64,000 bases of DNA from Schmidtea polychroa (taxonomy: Eukaryota). The stretch is taken from assembly GCA_044892525.1 (NCBI GenBank), contig CM097885.1, forward strand, positions 24,244,001-24,308,000. Reading direction: 5' to 3'. Below, piece by piece: positions 1 through 13,314 of the stretch (within the stretch, counting starts at the first letter, position 1; every line of letters begins with the position of its first letter). The notes below the pieces were generated by a model. The model worked only from the letters and a program-made list of their open reading frames with translations. It ran no database searches and was not told where the DNA came from. A program made the position numbers and the translations under genes.

Positions 1-557
1 GCTTTAATAATGTAAGGAAAAATAGAAATAAAAATCAAACAAAAAATGAGATGGACAAAACAACAATGAATAACAATAATAATAAAAATAGCAATCGAGA
101 AAGATAAAATTTAATATTTAAAAGTAATCAAGCACATAGAAATTAAATTACAAAAAAAAATAAAACATAATAAGCAAAGTAGAATTCATAAATAAATAAA
201 TAATTGATAAGATCTAAAGGCGAAAATAAGGAAAAAACAAACGAAACAAGACAACATTTAATAATCAGAAAAATAGCACAAAAACTAAAATTAAAAAACG
301 TAAAATCGAAATAATTAAAATTGGAATATAAATCCTACCAATTAAAGATGTCAATTATCCGGACTTTCTGGTATCCGGATATCAAATAGCTTAAACATGA
401 AATATCCGGATATGCGGATACTATTCGGATATTTGCCAATTCTGAAATTTAGAAAAAAAAATCAAAATATTTTAGTTTTTAAGTTCATTTTATTTAATTC
501 AAGAAAAAGAAAGTATATAATAATATAGTTTTATTATTTTTAATCATTATTAATTTA

Positions 558-2431
558 TTATTCATTATTGAAATAATATTTCAAGAATACCAAAGCGTTC
601 AACAATGGAAACTGAAGTCTACTTCTTAATTTTGTTGAAAATGTACCAGCCACCGAGAAAACTCTCTCACTGCTAGTGGAGGTTGGTTGAATCGTATTAA
701 GAGCATTCAAAAGTTTTTCTAAGTTGTGAGTTAGTTTTCCATTGCCTTCAAGAAGTTTTAATTCTTTTTGTAAAGAGTCAAAATTATTTTTTTGAAATTT
801 TGTTGGATTTTCACTGCTCATGGAAGCTATAGATTTTTTCAATTCCATAACCAATGTAATCGGTTCGCAAATTTCATCCTCAAATCCGGACGAAGACACA
901 TGATTTTCATCTTCTGGAATTGCATACAATCGACTCATTGTATCTTTTGCATAGGCATAGATTGCTGGTTTCGAAGCATATGTAATATCATCAAAATTAT
1001 CATCTCGGGAGATTGATGAATTTTGTAGAAATTTCATCAAAGATACTACTTCTTTATTTCTTCGTTTTAAAATTTCTGTTTTTAATGACGTCAACATTTC
1101 ATTGCTCAAATCTGAATCAATATCGTTTAATTTTTTAAACATAAATTTAACAACACCTTCGCTAGATAAAAGTGTTGCTTGTTCGTTACTCAACTCTTTT
1201 ACACCTAATTCAAGTGGTTTTAAGATATTTAACATATTTTCTAGGATTACGAAATTTTGTTCATTGTAATATTCTTTTTCCGTTCCTAATAAGTCAATCA
1301 ATGATTGTTTAATACATTTTTTTAACTTTAGGAGTCGCTCAATCATAGGGACCAATGAGTTCCACCTGGTTTTGCAATCCAACAGTAAATGTAATTCTTT
1401 TTTTTCTTGTTCCATAACATATTTTTGAAGAACATTTTTTCGAACAGCAGAAAATTTAAAAAATTTTATAAGCCTCCGTGATTCAGATATAACAACATTA
1501 ATGTCAGGTCTCATAAGTATATTATTAACACCAGTATTATCAAATCCTAAATTCATATTTTCGTGTTCAATATCACTATTTTCATAATCATAATCAGAAT
1601 CGTTTTCAGACTGCTCATCAAATTTGCTATTATTTTCATCATCAGATGTCGTAACCGTTCCTGTTTTTTTATAAAAAACACCAATCACGGCCAAATGAAT
1701 GGCGTGATTGTAGCACAATTGACTGATTGCAGAAATATTTCGTCCATACTTCTGCATAAGAGCAGCACCATCATGCGTGGAGGCAACAATATCTGAAAAC
1801 TGAATACCGAATTCTAAAAGTTTATCTTTCACTATTTTTTTAGTTTTTTCAGCGTCACAAGATCCATCGATTTTTGCCAATCCTAATTTATAACAGATAC
1901 TCTTGCTATGTAGTGTAACATTCATATAACGCTTCATATTTATGTCCGTCCATTCATCGACTGTAATACTGAATTTTTGTTCATTGTTTTTTTTTGTATT
2001 TAGATTGTTTTTAAGTTCTTCTCGTTTCTGTTCGTAAAACTGAATTATAAGTTTTTTAACTGTGTTTCGACTACGAGGCATTTCGAATCCTCTTTTATGT
2101 ATAAATTCTCTAATTGCTGATGAATTAGTTATTGCGTGGATTGAAAATCCATCTTTTGCAGCACATTTTGCTAATAACTCACCTAAGCTTTCTCTCTTAA
2201 CAAACTTTAAAATTTGTTGTGAATTTACAATTTTTGAAGATTTGACACTTGTAGTTTCTTCTTGATTCGACGTTTTTTTGTTGATATAAATTTCATGTCT
2301 TTTCAAATGATTTATGAGTGGAGTTGTAGAAGATCCTTTACATTTGATATTATTACCACATTTTCTACATGTCGCCTCCTCAGAACTATGTTTTCAAAGT
2401 GAATCCAAACCTCCGATTTTTTTGAAGACAT
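558..2431 (-). CDS. hAT transposase with N-terminal BED finger; one frameshift near 2392
   Basis: ORF 558-2306 has DEWT, HDGA, CYNHAIHL, TRWNS and the C-terminal PTSTSSERVFS dimerisation motif. The upstream BED finger (MSSKKSEVWIHF..ATCRKC..HLKRH) joins by a 1-nt shift in an A-run, which is either a mutation or an assembly error. Confidence 0.9.
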
Positions 2432-2648
2432 TATTATAACGATAACCCTTCAAAATACAAACTAATATATAAATTTTTAAAATTTTAAATATATTCATAC
2501 ATACCTTTAATTTGATTTAAATTCGTTTTTCAGCACAGAAATACCACCAAAACAAAGTGCACTGCACAACTAACTCTGATTTGATTTAAATACGAGTAAA
2601 ACAAAAATCTCTAAATGTAATGTTAGTGCACAGCCAACTCTGATTATA

Positions 2649-2980
2649 CAGGGTTTTTCACCGTATTTTAACATTGTGTCAACCAATTTTGACATTGTGC
2701 CACCGTATTTTGACAAATGAAAAATTTTTTAATACACCCTTAATGGTCAATCAACATATCAATAATAATGATCGGAAAAGGATTTTGGATTGTGAAAATA
2801 CCAATATAATGTTTTTTTTGATTTAATTGTTGTAAATGACTTTTTTAACTATAAGAAATAAAATATTTTATATAAATAATTCATCTACAAATATTTATAA
2901 TAGTTTTTTTACTTATCAAAATACGGTGACACAATGTCAAAATTGGTTGACACATTGTCAAAATACGATGAAAAACCCTG
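2649..2980. mobile_element. Tc1/mariner-type MITE inside the hAT element
   Basis: ~65-bp TIRs starting CAGGGTTTTTCA and ending TGAAAAACCCTG, flanked by TA on both sides. No ORF. Confidence 0.88.
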
Positions 2981-5479
2981 TAAAATTCAAATTTTTGAAA
3001 CGATAAAAATTTACTTTTTCGAAAATAAAATATCCGGATAATTGATTCAAAATATCCGGATTTCGAATTATCCGTAATTCAGAAAATATCCGGATAGTTC
3101 AAACCGATTATTATCCGGATTGCCATCCCTACTACCAATGAAGCGATAAAACCGAAAAATCACAAAATAAACTAGTTAAAATAAATCAGGCCAACAATGA
3201 TTGGTCGGAAACCTTACCCGAGAAAGTATATAAAGAACTAGCAAACACGATATTTTCACTGTTATTTTTCACTTAATTCAGGTAAAATTAATTAAATTTT
3301 TTTTTCACTGTATTTTTCACTTAATTCAGGACGATTGTTTTCACTCGGACGAATTCAATAAATTTTAGGATTACTATTTTCAATTCATTCAGATTTCAGC
3401 GCCAATCGAAACCAACTCGTAGACTTCAGCTATAATTCTATTCGATATCCAGTAATTTAGAATTCCTTTTAATCAACTTATTTGGGAAAAGTTTTTTTAT
3501 AATTCCGTAAATTTTTTGTATGTTCATATTATACATGTATCAGTAAATTTGTAATGCTTTAATAAAATTTTTAAGAATCATTTTCTCTTCTTTTTCGTAT
3601 GCACCACAAGGTCACAAAAAATATTTGAATAGTGTTTTTCATTTATGTTTTTGTTGGGCTAGAAATGATTTCTAGACCGAAAACTCTAATTGGTGACTAG
3701 AATGCGTAGGTACATAGCACGCAAAAAGCAAAAAGTACAGTTAAATATAAAAAATACATCATGTAAACAATATTAATTAAGAGGAAGGAGGTCGCGCCAC
3801 TTCATGGTCCTGTCATGGAGTTAAGTCGATAAGATCCCTCCGCCTTTTTTTGGCGTAGCATCAATTCAGAACATTCTGTAGCTGATTCATTTCAGCTTTA
3901 CTTTAATTTCGACCAAAATCATTAATACATTATTAAATCATTATAATTTTAGACAACAGCGCTTTTAGAAAGTATTTGAATTTTAGCGCGCGCTCTGCAG
4001 GGTTAAAATAAAAATTAAATTAAAATTAATATGGAATGTTCTGGGACCGTTCCAAATCCATCATGGAGGTAAATTTAGCAAAAAATAATTAAAAAATAAA
4101 AATCTAAAAATAAAAACAAAAATTATGGCACTAAAATTGCCATTAAAAATATCAAAAATAGAAAATTCTAGAATAAAAAGAATTCGAGTTTGTTTTAATG
4201 CATCAATACATACACGTGTACTTGCACACACAAAAATAGGTATATATACCGACGCATTTTAGTCACAAAACACTCTTTATGCAAAATTTTATTTTGTTCG
4301 AATATTCTATTTGAAGAAGATCTTAAAGGAATCATTAGTAAGCCTGTTTGATTTCATATATATATATGTATATATGTATTCTAATAATAACCTTTCTTTA
4401 ATTATATTTTATGTTAACTCCTAATTGTTTATTGTTTTCGTTGGATGTAAGAGTGTTCAGAGACACATGGTTTGTCTGCGTCTCTGATCAGTCATGCATT
4501 CAACTCGATTAAGAATTTACAACCACATGCAGACACGCATTATTATTATTATATCCTTTTTTTGTTCGGGTCATTCGGAGGTCGCGCCACTTCATGGTCC
4601 TGCCAATTAAAAATGCATAGCACAATTAAAATCGACATTAAAAATCACTATAATACAAACAGCATTAGGACAATAATCGGAGTAGATCTCAGACCTAAAT
4701 TAATTAAAGTTTCACAAGTTACACTCAATTTAGACGGTTAAACTTCCTAGAAGTAACTTCTACCGATACGGCTGTCGAAACTAGTTTTATGAATAACTTT
4801 TCTCATAAACAAGTAATCAAAGAACTTTCAGTTAATGTAATGAGACAACATAGTCGACATACGTATCGGTAGAGCTTACTTATCGAATAAGATTATCAAA
4901 AAATTTGGAGATTCGAAAGTGTGGATTCTTGACAATTTTATGAATAAATTAAAATTTGATTATAACCAGTCTCTTAAAATTACCCACGGAGGCATGGACT
5001 TTACTTATAAAGTAAAAATTATGAAGTCAAATTACGAGCGGTATTACCATTATGTATATAAATGATAAATTACTCATAAATTATACATTATATTTAGTAT
5101 CCTCTGAAAAATATAAATCATAAGTTCAAATATAACTCATTCCTAAAACATAACTGGTGAATTATAAAGTATAACGTTGATGATCAACAATAAATTCAAA
5201 AATATAAATTATAAATTGTAAAGTCTATCTTATCTATAACATAAATGGTAACCTGTGAAGTGTAATTTTTATTTCAAACTATAATTTCAATTTGAATAAA
5301 TAATAAATCACAAAGTATAATATTATTTTTCAACCATAATTTCAATTATACCATATAACCTATTTGGGGAATATGATTTATAAATCTTCAACTATAATTT
5401 TGATTATAAAATTTAACTACTTATTCAGTTTGAAAATGTAATTTATGAAGATATCCTGCTTCCAAAGCTTAAACTATAA

Positions 5480-6090
5480 CTGTATATCATGTTTAAAAAT
5501 ATAATGTATAAATATGTACTGCCTCTAAATTATAAACTATAACTATTTATTAAGTGTAAAAATATAATTTATAAACATATAATTATAAAATATAATCATT
5601 TTTAAGTTCAGAAATATAATTTATAAACATCCAATTATAAAGTATTTTTAATTTTTAAGTTAAAAATATAATTTATAAATATATAATTATAAACTATAAC
5701 TATTTATTAAGTGTAAAAACATAATTTATAAACATATAATTATAAACTATAACCATTTTTAAGTTCAGAAATATAATTTATAAACATCCAATTATAAAGT
5801 ATAATTAATTTTTAAGTAAAAAATACAATTTATAAATATATAATTATAAACTATAACTATCTATTAAGTATAAAAATATAATTTATAAATATGTAATTAG
5901 AAAGTATAACTATTTCTAATTTCCGCAATATAATCTATAAATACCTAATTATAAAGTATAATTAATTTCTTAAGTTCAAAATATAATTTGTAAATATCTA
6001 ATCAAAAAGTATAACTAAATTTTTTTGGGGTTCAAAAATATAATATATAATTACAAAGTAAGACTATATGCTGGGATCAATAATATAATT
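5480..6090. repeat. AT-rich tandem array (~51-bp units) within the outer LTR-A
   Basis: Recurrent AATATAATTTATAAA..ATAATTATAAA.TATAA units. Confidence 0.8.
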
Positions 6091-7287
6091 TATAAATGGA
6101 ACTGCCATGATCCTTTCCCTAGGTATATTAGTTTAGTCTTGGGAAACAGGCACTTACAATTATTGCTAATTATGATTACCATTATTATAATCATTGTTGT
6201 TATCATTATTACTTCCCTACGTAGTTACTATTACCGTTGTCATCACTCGTTATCATTCTTATCATTGTTATGATTCCTAGTTGTATTATCTTTATTATCA
6301 TGGTTACTACTATTTCATTTCCCCTGTGATTATTATTATTGTTAGTACCCCCCCTGATTCTATTTTTACATCGATAAATTAATCGTAATAATCCCCAGTA
6401 TGAATCGAATTAACATAATGAAAATTATCTTACCTCATAAAAACGGAAATCAAATTATCCAAATAAAATAAAGCACGAAGATCCTAAATACCTTTATCGT
6501 GCTTTTCTCAATAAGATTCTCACTATAACATCCACTACTTTTACTATCGAATCCACCAAAACACAGAATTTTATACTTTTAAACTAAACTTGAATTACCA
6601 AATATTTTAAAATAACATACCGTAAAGGGGATACCCATAATAGTTTATTCATCGCAACGACCAGTGACAGAATCTTCATCAGTAACGAGGAGCCAGGTCA
6701 CAAATAAGGCGATCATTCGTACGGAAATCTGGTTAATTTAGTAGATTCTGAACAAGCTGCAAAAGAGAATTAATATATATAAAAGCAGATTAAGCCATTA
6801 TGAACGCCTTCGCCGACGAAGAGGTATTGGAATATAATTCAACAATGAATCTTTTCGTCGACCAAGACTTTCTCTGAGGCCAAGGATACTAATAATGAAT
6901 TATAAATAATTTAAATTAAATAATTTAAAAATTAAATAATGCACCATGATGTAAATAATCAGTCAATGATTTTGAACCATTAAAACAATTAAATTTGTTT
7001 TTCTTATTTCCATTTTGGAAAAAACTAAGTTGACAGGCCCGAGCATTGTAACGAGTATATAGAAACCACAGGTTAAAATATAAATTTTAGATTTTTTTTT
7101 GGTTTGTTAAGTCACCATTGAGTTGGATATCAACGGGTTATGCCTTTAATAAGATAGACATAATTTTCAAACTCCTTAGGTGAATTCCCTGATTACGAAT
7201 TGCTAATTGAAATTTGATCTTAAGCCTGGAGTTTAAACTTGTCACTATGTAATAATCGACGGTTTTATATTTTGGATAATTGCAGAA

Positions 7288-7653
7288 ATGTCACAATCTA
7301 GCAACCACAGTGGGGAAGAGACGGATAGGCAAATGATCACGTGACTCCGGTCCCGGTATATCTGGTACCGCATCCACGATTGGAACCGAGGACTGGACCT
7401 GGAAAATTTCGGCCCAGTCATACGGAGTGGCCCCGAGCCCGATGCCCCGGCGTAGGTAAAAACCAAGCCGCAGAATAATCTGCTCCAGGAGGCCCGCGAC
7501 CGAGCGGCAATGGAAGTCGAGGCCACCCAAATTCGATTGAAGCGACTGGAGCTCCAACTCCGGGCCGCCAATGAAGGAGTCCCCCTGGAGGAGTTGGAGG
7601 ACGCAGAAGCGCCCCCACGAAAACGAGGAAGACCCAGAAAGCACCCATTGTAA
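7288..7653 (+). pseudogene. LTR-borne AT-hook/coiled-coil protein, copy with 2 in-frame stops
   Basis: Same 366-nt length as, and clear homology to, 11136-11501. Ends PPRKRGRPRKHPL. Confidence 0.8.
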
Positions 7654-9439
7654 ACCTACTGTTGGGCTAGAACTGACTTCTAGACCCAAACTTGAATTGT
7701 GACTGAAAGGTGCAGGTACACAACATGCAAAAACAAAAAGTGTAGTTAAATATTAAAATTACATCAAATAAACAATATTAATTAAAGGAGAAAACAACAA
7801 AAGCATAAACACCGAAATTAAATAAAATCATACCAAAAGCAAGAAGTCATGCAAAATCTAACTCAAAATGATCAAATAAACATAGAGTTACAAGAAACAA
7901 ACTCGAATAACTTAAAAGCTGGTAAGAACAGTAAAAGATTCCAGAAAAACCCAGAACATTCCATAAAAATGGCGATGACCATCATAAAAGCTATCTTAAA
8001 CAATAAAATTTAGACAAAATCAATAAATTAGTAATAAAAATGAAAATTCGTAAAAAGAAATCCATAAAACACCAATTAAAATAAAAATTAAATTAAAAGT
8101 GAAATAGAATGTTCTGGAACCGTTCCAAATCCATCATGGACGTAAAATTAATGAAAAATAATTAAAGAATAAAAATATAAAAATAAAAACAAAAATTATG
8201 GCACAAAAATTGCCATTAAAAATATCGAAATTACAAAATAGAAAGTTCTGGAATAAAAAGAATTCGAGTTTGTTTTAATGCATCAATACATACACGTGTA
8301 CAAAATAGGTATATATACTGACACGTTTCAGTCACAATCAATCACTATTTTTATGCCAATTTTTGCAGAAAGTATTGCCAACGAAAATAGTAAGAATTGT
8401 TGATTTTTTTTATTGCATTAATGAAGTACTTTTTAAATTAGTTATCATTTTATTTGTTGATTTTTATTATATTAATGAATTATTTTTTTTAATTTATGAT
8501 TATTTTATGTGTTGATTACATTAATGAATTACCTTTTCAATTTATGAGTATCTTATTTGTTGAGTTTATTACATTGGTGAATCACTTTTCAATTTATTAT
8601 CAATTATGTAGGGGAATCGAAGTAATTGCATTTTTTGATGTCTCTTGCTTTTGATTTTCTCCAGTGATGTACGAAGGTTCGACGGCGTACTGGTATTCCT
8701 GCGTCGTCGTTCGGTCCTGCATCTAATTTTTATAGCACATGCATTATCAATATTATAGCAATCTAATATTATATCATCCTTTTTTTTGTTCGGGTCTTTC
8801 GGGGGTCGAACTACTTCATGGTCCTGCCATGGAGTTAGGTCGAGGAAACCCTCCGTCTGACTCTTTGTATTTATGTAAGGTCGACCGTAAATGGTTGACT
8901 CAACACACAACACTAAGGTTTGTGGAAGTGGTCACAGTGGGGCCATGGAAGCAATATTCTTCCCGACTTTCAGTTAATACACATGTAAAATCCACATTCA
9001 AAATCACGAACAAAAACTCTACATTAAGGTTCTAAATTGAGTAGAACTCGTACCTAAAATGACACAATCCTGCACTCACACTCATGTAGCTGGTTGACCC
9101 TTAATAGTAATTGCAAGTATACTTAGACAGATGCCGAACTAGAATTTGAAATAAGAATTTACAGTAAAGTAATAAAATGAGAAGGATCGTCGGCATGTGT
9201 ATAAGTATAGTTTAATTTAGATAGGCTAATTAAAGTAAATGTAGATACCATAAATGTAATTCTCCAGAAACAAATTACAAATTGATCAGGAATCCTACTC
9301 TAATATATTTGGGTAAATGATAAATGAACAACACGGATAAATCTTAACTATAAAAATAGACCATAAGCAAGTGTATATAGATCAGAAAATATAAATCTAG
9401 TTATGTATGTATATGTTAACTCTAAATAGGTAACCTAGT

Positions 9440-9900
9440 AAGGATAATAGATAGATTTTTAACCACAAAGATACAAATGTTATATATAATTTATAATTAT
9501 AAATTCCAAATGGTTATGGGAAAATTTTGCTTTATAATAATGAAGGGGAATCTCTTTAATAATCCCTTTAATCTTAGAAATATAAATGAATGAAATGTTA
9601 TATATAAATTATAATTAGAAATTCCCAAGGGTTATGGTTAACTTTTACCTTATAAGAATGGAAGAATCTCTTTAATAATCGCTTCAGTATTAGAAACATA
9701 GATGATAAAATGTTATATATGAGTTATAATTATAAATTCCCAATAGTTATGGTTAAATTTTACTCTATAAAAATGAAAGAATCTCTTTAATAATCTCTTC
9801 AACCTTAAAAGCACAAATGATAAAATTATAAATGTTATCTATAAATTATAATTACAAATCCCCAATGGTTATGGTTAAAAGTTATTTGATATAAATTATA
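9440..9900. repeat. Degenerate ~120-bp tandem array within the inner LTR-A
   Basis: Recurring ATGTTATATAT..TTATAATTATAAATTCC..GGTTATGG..GAATCTCTTTAATAATC units. Confidence 0.75.
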
Positions 9901-11135
9901 AATATAATCTATAAATAGGTATAAACACGAATTATAGATAGTTATATGTAATACTTAGCTATAAATATACAAAGTACAGATAGCGATAATGACCTGCAAC
10001 GGAGCATACGACGTTAGAATCAGGGCTATAAAAATCTTGCTAGAGTCATGAATTACAAATTGAAATAATTATATTCATTATTATAACCATCATCATTAGT
10101 GTTATTATTACCATTATTATTATTTGTTATTATTATTACTATTATTACTACTATTGTTATCATGGTATTATTATTATTATTATTGTTACAATTACTATTG
10201 TTATCTCTATCAGCAATTATTGCTCACAAAAATCAATATTCCAATCGAAATATCGATTTAAGATTTGCCCCAAGACAAATTTAGTATCAACCCTTTAGAT
10301 CCAATAAGAAGGAGCGAAATCCTTAAAAGTTATTTTTAGTAACCCCCCTCTAGAAAATGTTAACACTATCTAAGTAAATTGGAGATAGGGCGGAAGTATA
10401 TTATCAAAACCTATGAGATACCTATCTAAATCATTAATGAATCGTAATCATATCATTTGTTTACTAGAGAATCAAACCACTATTACTAAAATACCAAAGA
10501 TTTCTTTATTATGATTAATAAATTATAAATACAAAACTACTACGAATTCCAAAAGAGAATCCCTAACGGGGAGTCGTACGACGATCTCCCAAAGCTAAAC
10601 TCGTCTATCTCCAGCCAAGAAAAATCATCGCCCAGCATTCCTAGAAATGAAAATTTGCGGTAAATAAATAAATTACCCGAGCTGCTTAAAAGTCGATTGT
10701 ACCACTCATGACGAGCACGATCAAGGAGAGGTAAGTAAACGAGAACTAAGCTCGCCACTAATACCTATCACCCGATGTGCCCGAATTCAGTAGTAATTTA
10801 CTAATTCCCGGGAATTCGACAAAATTTAACATAAAGATTTTTAAATTACCATCTCGTGGTAAATAAATGATAAATAGTGAAATAGTAAGTTTAAACAAAT
10901 ATGACAGTGAGGGAATTTTTTTTGTCGAGGTATGGACCTTTCAACATTAATGCTTAATCTAGATAAATGTTTTTTTTTTATTTTTAATTGATTAAGAATT
11001 TTATCGATAAATTAAATAAAAAATTTCATGTTAAAAGTAGTTACATTACTTATAGTAACTTTGGTAGTTAAAGTATTATTTATTTTGGGTATATTTTCCA
11101 CATTGGTTATGATCGTTAATATTCGTACTACAGAT

Positions 11136-11501
11136 ATGTCCCAATCAGATGAGTTCAGCGATGAAGAAAACCACCGATGGACGATCACCCGCCTCCGGAC
11201 CCGTTACATCTGGCACCATATACATCGGTGGGGTCAGGGAAGGGACCTAGATTGTACGGAACGAGTAATCCGGACAGGCCCCGAAGTAGATGCCCCGGCG
11301 TGGGTGAAGGTGGAACCGGAGAATAACCGGCTGCAGGAGGCCCGAGACCAAGCGGCCTGGGAGGTGGAAGCCGCTCAGATGCGACTCAGGAAGATCGAGT
11401 TACAAATCCGGGCGAAAAGAGAAGGAGTGCCCGTGGAGGAGCTAGAGGAGGCCATAGCATCCCCACGAAAGAGAGGGAGGCCCCGCAAATGCCGAGGGTG
11501 A
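11136..11501 (+). CDS. 121-aa protein or exon with coiled coil and C-terminal AT-hook
   Basis: Open frame in a GC-rich island. C-terminal PRKRGRPRK fits the AT-hook consensus. Homolog at 7288. Confidence 0.7.
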   Translation: MSQSDEFSDEENHRWTITRLRTRYIWHHIHRWGQGRDLDCTERVIRTGPEVDAPAWVKVEPENNRLQEARDQAAWEVEAAQMRLRKIELQIRAKREGVPVEELEEAIASPRKRGRPRKCRG

Positions 11502-11708
11502 TCAAGGACCAACTATTGACTTACTATAATTGTGTGTATTGTGACAAATAATCAAAATTGGTTGAGGATCATGTGTTACTCTTTTTAACAAAATATCTTT
11601 TGAATAAATTTCTTATTTAATAGCTAAAGTATCGTTATGCATGATATTGACCTTATTATATTGAACAAGGGGAATGCTGCAAGCCAGTAATCGTTGTAAT
11701 TTATCTAG

Positions 11709-12178
11709 TGATCAAACTATGCGAAAATCTACGAAAGGACAGAGAAGAAGCCCAAAAACAGGCCGAGGAGCTCCGTATACGAGTGGACAAACTCAAGGGA
11801 CGGTGCCGTGAACTAGAAAGCACCTGGTTTAGTCCTCAAGATATGAGGAAGAAGTTGACACAGGTCCTCCAATTGCAGACTCAAAACGCGCAGGATCAGA
11901 TGGAGATCCGGGCCTTGAAACCCCAACTCCGCGCGTTGGAAACCGAACGCAATGAACAAGCGGTTCACGGAGCCACCATAAGTCAAATCCGGCCGTTGTC
12001 CGTGGAGTTGGCAGCCATTTACCCTCCGGCCGCGAAAGATAAGCCCAAGAGGAAGCGGCTGGGGAGAAACATTCGTGAGAAATTAAAGAAGGCCAGACTG
12101 GCCGAATACGAAAAGCAAGTGGGCTCCTCGCAAATATCTACGACGGGACTAATCGGCCCCACCAACCGGCCAAGTTGA
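11709..12178 (+). CDS. Coiled-coil protein exon with basic NLS-like tail (KPKRKRLGRNIREKLK)
   Basis: Open frame preceded by acceptor-like TTTTATCTAG. Homolog at 12870 differs largely at third codon positions. Confidence 0.65.
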
Positions 12179-12869
12179 ACTTCCATTCCTTGATGTGTAC
12201 TTCTGTAGTGTGTTTATATATCTAGTAGTATTAAAATGATATTTCCTTTGCTGGTTGTTAAAATAATACATGTTCGGTAGCGTTAAAAAATGTCTGATAT
12301 ATTTTATGATTGTGTGAAAAGTGAGAGTTTGCACGTAAGGTTGGGAAAACAATTTTGATAAGGGACCTAAGGAAATCGGACACAAACCTTCTAACGGTAG
12401 TCCGTGAACCCGTGGAGTGCTCGACGATTATAGTGCCTCGATGCGCTCACTTTTCGCGAGCACTCAACCCTTGGTACAGGACCAACGTTGATTACTCAAC
12501 GGGTACCAAGCGGAAACACTAACGTTGTATTTTGGGTTACGCTGGCAACAGCACTAAAGAACAAAATATTTGATCATCAGTAACCCACCACTACTATTGA
12601 CTACGACTGGTGACGAAATCGTTAACTGGTTCTTATACTGATTGAATTACATTTTCTTAATTGTACTTGGTTTGGTTTATGCATGAATTTTAGTGTAATA
12701 AATTATTTCCGTGTTAACTAGCAACATTTGTATGTTGCGCTACACAGCCATGCTCGGGGATTTTAGGTCAATGCGCCGTTAACAATTTAACTATTTAATT
12801 AAATATTTATTTTCTAGTTAGACACATGAATGACAGTAACGAATTCTATTAGTATATTTTCCCTTTTAG

Positions 12870-13314
12870 TGTTTAAACTGTTCGAAAATCTGCGCAAAGA
12901 CCGGGAATAGGCTCAAAAGCAGGCCGAAGACCTCCGAGTCCGGGTCGACAAACTCAAGGGGAAGTGCCGGAAATTCGAGGGCACTTGGTTCAGCCCCGCA
13001 GATATGAAGAAAAAGACCGCACAAATTCTCCAACTACAGGCCCAAGCCACACAGGACCAGATGGAGATCCGCGCATTACAATTACAAGTGCGCGCGCTAG
13101 AAACCAAACGAAACGAGCAAACCGTACACGAAGCCGCAATGAGACAAATCCGGCCGCTGACCGTAGAACTGGCAGAGATATACCCCCGGCTGCGATAAAC
13201 AAACCCAAACGAAAGCGGTTAGGACGCAATATCCGCGAGAAACTAAAGAGAACCAGGTTGGCCGAACAGGAACGTCAAGATAAACCAACACCGACGCAAA
13301 CGTCTGCGATATGA
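12870..13314 (+). pseudogene. Disrupted homolog of the 11709-12178 coiled-coil ORF
   Basis: Same motifs (TWFSP, DQMEIRAL, KRKRLGRNIREKLK). Stop near 12908 and frameshift near 13190. Confidence 0.8.

Larger units (their letters stand above)
343..3131 (-). mobile_element. Full-length hAT (Ac-like) DNA transposon
   Basis: 8-bp TSD CTACCAAT at 335-342 and 3132-3139. Imperfect TIRs TAAAGATGTCAA / TAGGGATGGCAA (revcomp). Subterminal ATCCGGAT motifs at both ends. Contains a transposase ORF. Confidence 0.93.
7660..12590 (+). mobile_element. Giant 4.93-kb solo LTR, family A
   Basis: TG...CA termini (TGTTGGGCTAG...AACCCACCA). 4-bp TSD CTAC at 7656-7659 and 12591-12594. Confidence 0.85.
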
